A stretch of DNA of 63,358 nucleotides, the filler included. It is 6 parts of 6 records of this genome, joined end to end, with 100 filler letters (N's around TTAATTAATTAA, not from the genome) between each part and the next. Parts side by side here need not be neighbours in the genome. Positions count along the whole stretch, not along the records: positions 55,937 to 63,358 come from SRR15195285_3024; 5 more parts are not named here. One strand, 5' to 3'. The notes beneath the pieces are model-generated. The model was not told the origin of the DNA and made no database searches. It saw only the letters and a program-made list of their open reading frames with translations. Of the stretch, positions 62,701-63,358 are shown in pieces (the stretch's first letter is position 1; the number at the start of each line of letters is the position of its first letter). Made by a program: the position numbers and the translations under genes.

Positions 62701-63098
62701 GTTTGTCGAGAAGATGGTTGTAAGTCATCGGCCTGTTCTATCTGGTCCCACTCAACAGCAGGTGCGGTGGAGTTCGTCAGAAGAGTCGAGCTGTCGTAGG
62801 TCCACATGTCTACCCATTCGCTGCCGGGCCCATTCTGAGTGCGGCGGCGCAAGCGTTTCAGGTTTGCAGCAGATTGCCGCCCCGCACGCAGCTCGGTGTC
62901 CCAATTGCCAGGCTGGGAAGTCGCAGATCGTTGCTCCCAGCCCTTCAAAGCTGCTGCCACGTCTGCGGACGATGGCGCCGACGAGGAGAGGCCCATGGCG
63001 TCGAGCTCTGGCACAGTTGTGAGAACACCGCCATCCTGCTGAGCTGTCACAGCGCAGACGACGGCACCAAGGCAGACAATCCCCGCTTGCGAGAACAT
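56753..63098 (-). CDS. Cell-surface receptor-like protein: signal peptide, parallel beta-helix (Pmp-like) repeats, Cys-rich repeats, multi-pass TM module, tandem TIR domains; exons 63098-59112 and 59002-56753
   Basis: Signal-like MFSQAGIVCLGAVVCAVTA. FQGNIAWDSGGAI and GGAIT..FSDNSA repeats. CDACSPGKYS and CNTGYTGIICGECSDGYG. TM module LRILITYSQV, YPT, YKPLYLWWEAIDMLRK. TIR: YATFLSHFKAEA, IFLDAD, VLSRPWCLAEL. The intron at 59003-59111 joins the two ORFs in frame (LAFV|VFFCYPT). Confidence 0.87.
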
Positions 63099-63358
63099 GA
63101 TCACGAACGGGAGTATGCCGGTCAGGCGGTACAAGCTACAAGTACGCGGCGGAGTGGTCCAGCGCGCCGTAATGCTGTCGTTGCACCGCCGGCGTCAGTA
63201 ACGGCTTTGGGCGTGCCTGGAGGGGAGCCAATGTATGGGAGGGTGGCAGTGATTTGTATCCCGCGGGAGGTGGCAGTGACGCAGTGACGCCCTGCAGGGG
63301 ACCGCTCGCCGCCGCCGGTTTACTTTCAGCTTTGTCGTGGGACGGGAATTCAGACGTG

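Noticed and set aside
11871-63098. Apparent cluster of phosphoinositide, ubiquitin and immunity genes (PI3K, FYVE-PARP, PX, UBA, TIR) as one system
   Set aside because: These genes lie on different contigs joined artificially, so co-location is uninformative.
63236-63287. Short direct repeat GGTGGCAGTGA upstream of the receptor gene
   Set aside because: Only two short copies; no array structure and no evidence of function.
1-63358. rRNA, tRNA, CRISPR arrays, transposase or viral hallmark genes
   Set aside because: None recognised by eye; tRNAscan-SE, Infernal and RepeatMasker would be needed to exclude small or divergent ones.

Overview
This is eukaryotic DNA, probably from a protist. It is not one locus: six separate contigs (1-9071, 9172-16431, 16532-31699, 31800-48980, 49081-55836, 55937-63358) are joined by five artificial 100-bp N44-TTAATTAATTAA-N44 spacers, so synteny across spacers means nothing. 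The DNA is gene-dense with short GT-AG introns (about 70-150 nt), and splicing them by hand restores canonical motifs in several genes. I find about 15 protein-coding genes, and no rRNA, tRNA, CRISPR array or transposase. The most notable genes are multidomain signalling or immunity-like fusions: (i) a cell-surface receptor with a beta-helix/Cys-rich ectodomain, a multi-pass membrane module and tandem cytosolic TIR domains, one with the catalytic Glu and one without; (ii) a macrodomain-FYVE-WWE-RING-WWE-PARP protein; (iii) a >4700-aa DUF3638/DUF3645 SF2-like ATPase with PDZ, EF-hand, Vps62-like and SH3 domains; (iv) a class I-like PI3K with PH and SAM domains but apparently no C2 domain; (v) a SAP-ARM-choline transporter-like fusion. 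There are also a GH32 and a FolD that lack key catalytic residues, a GH2 with two Apple/PAN domains, and intergenic clusters of perfect palindromes. All domain calls come from motif recognition by eye; no database searches were run.
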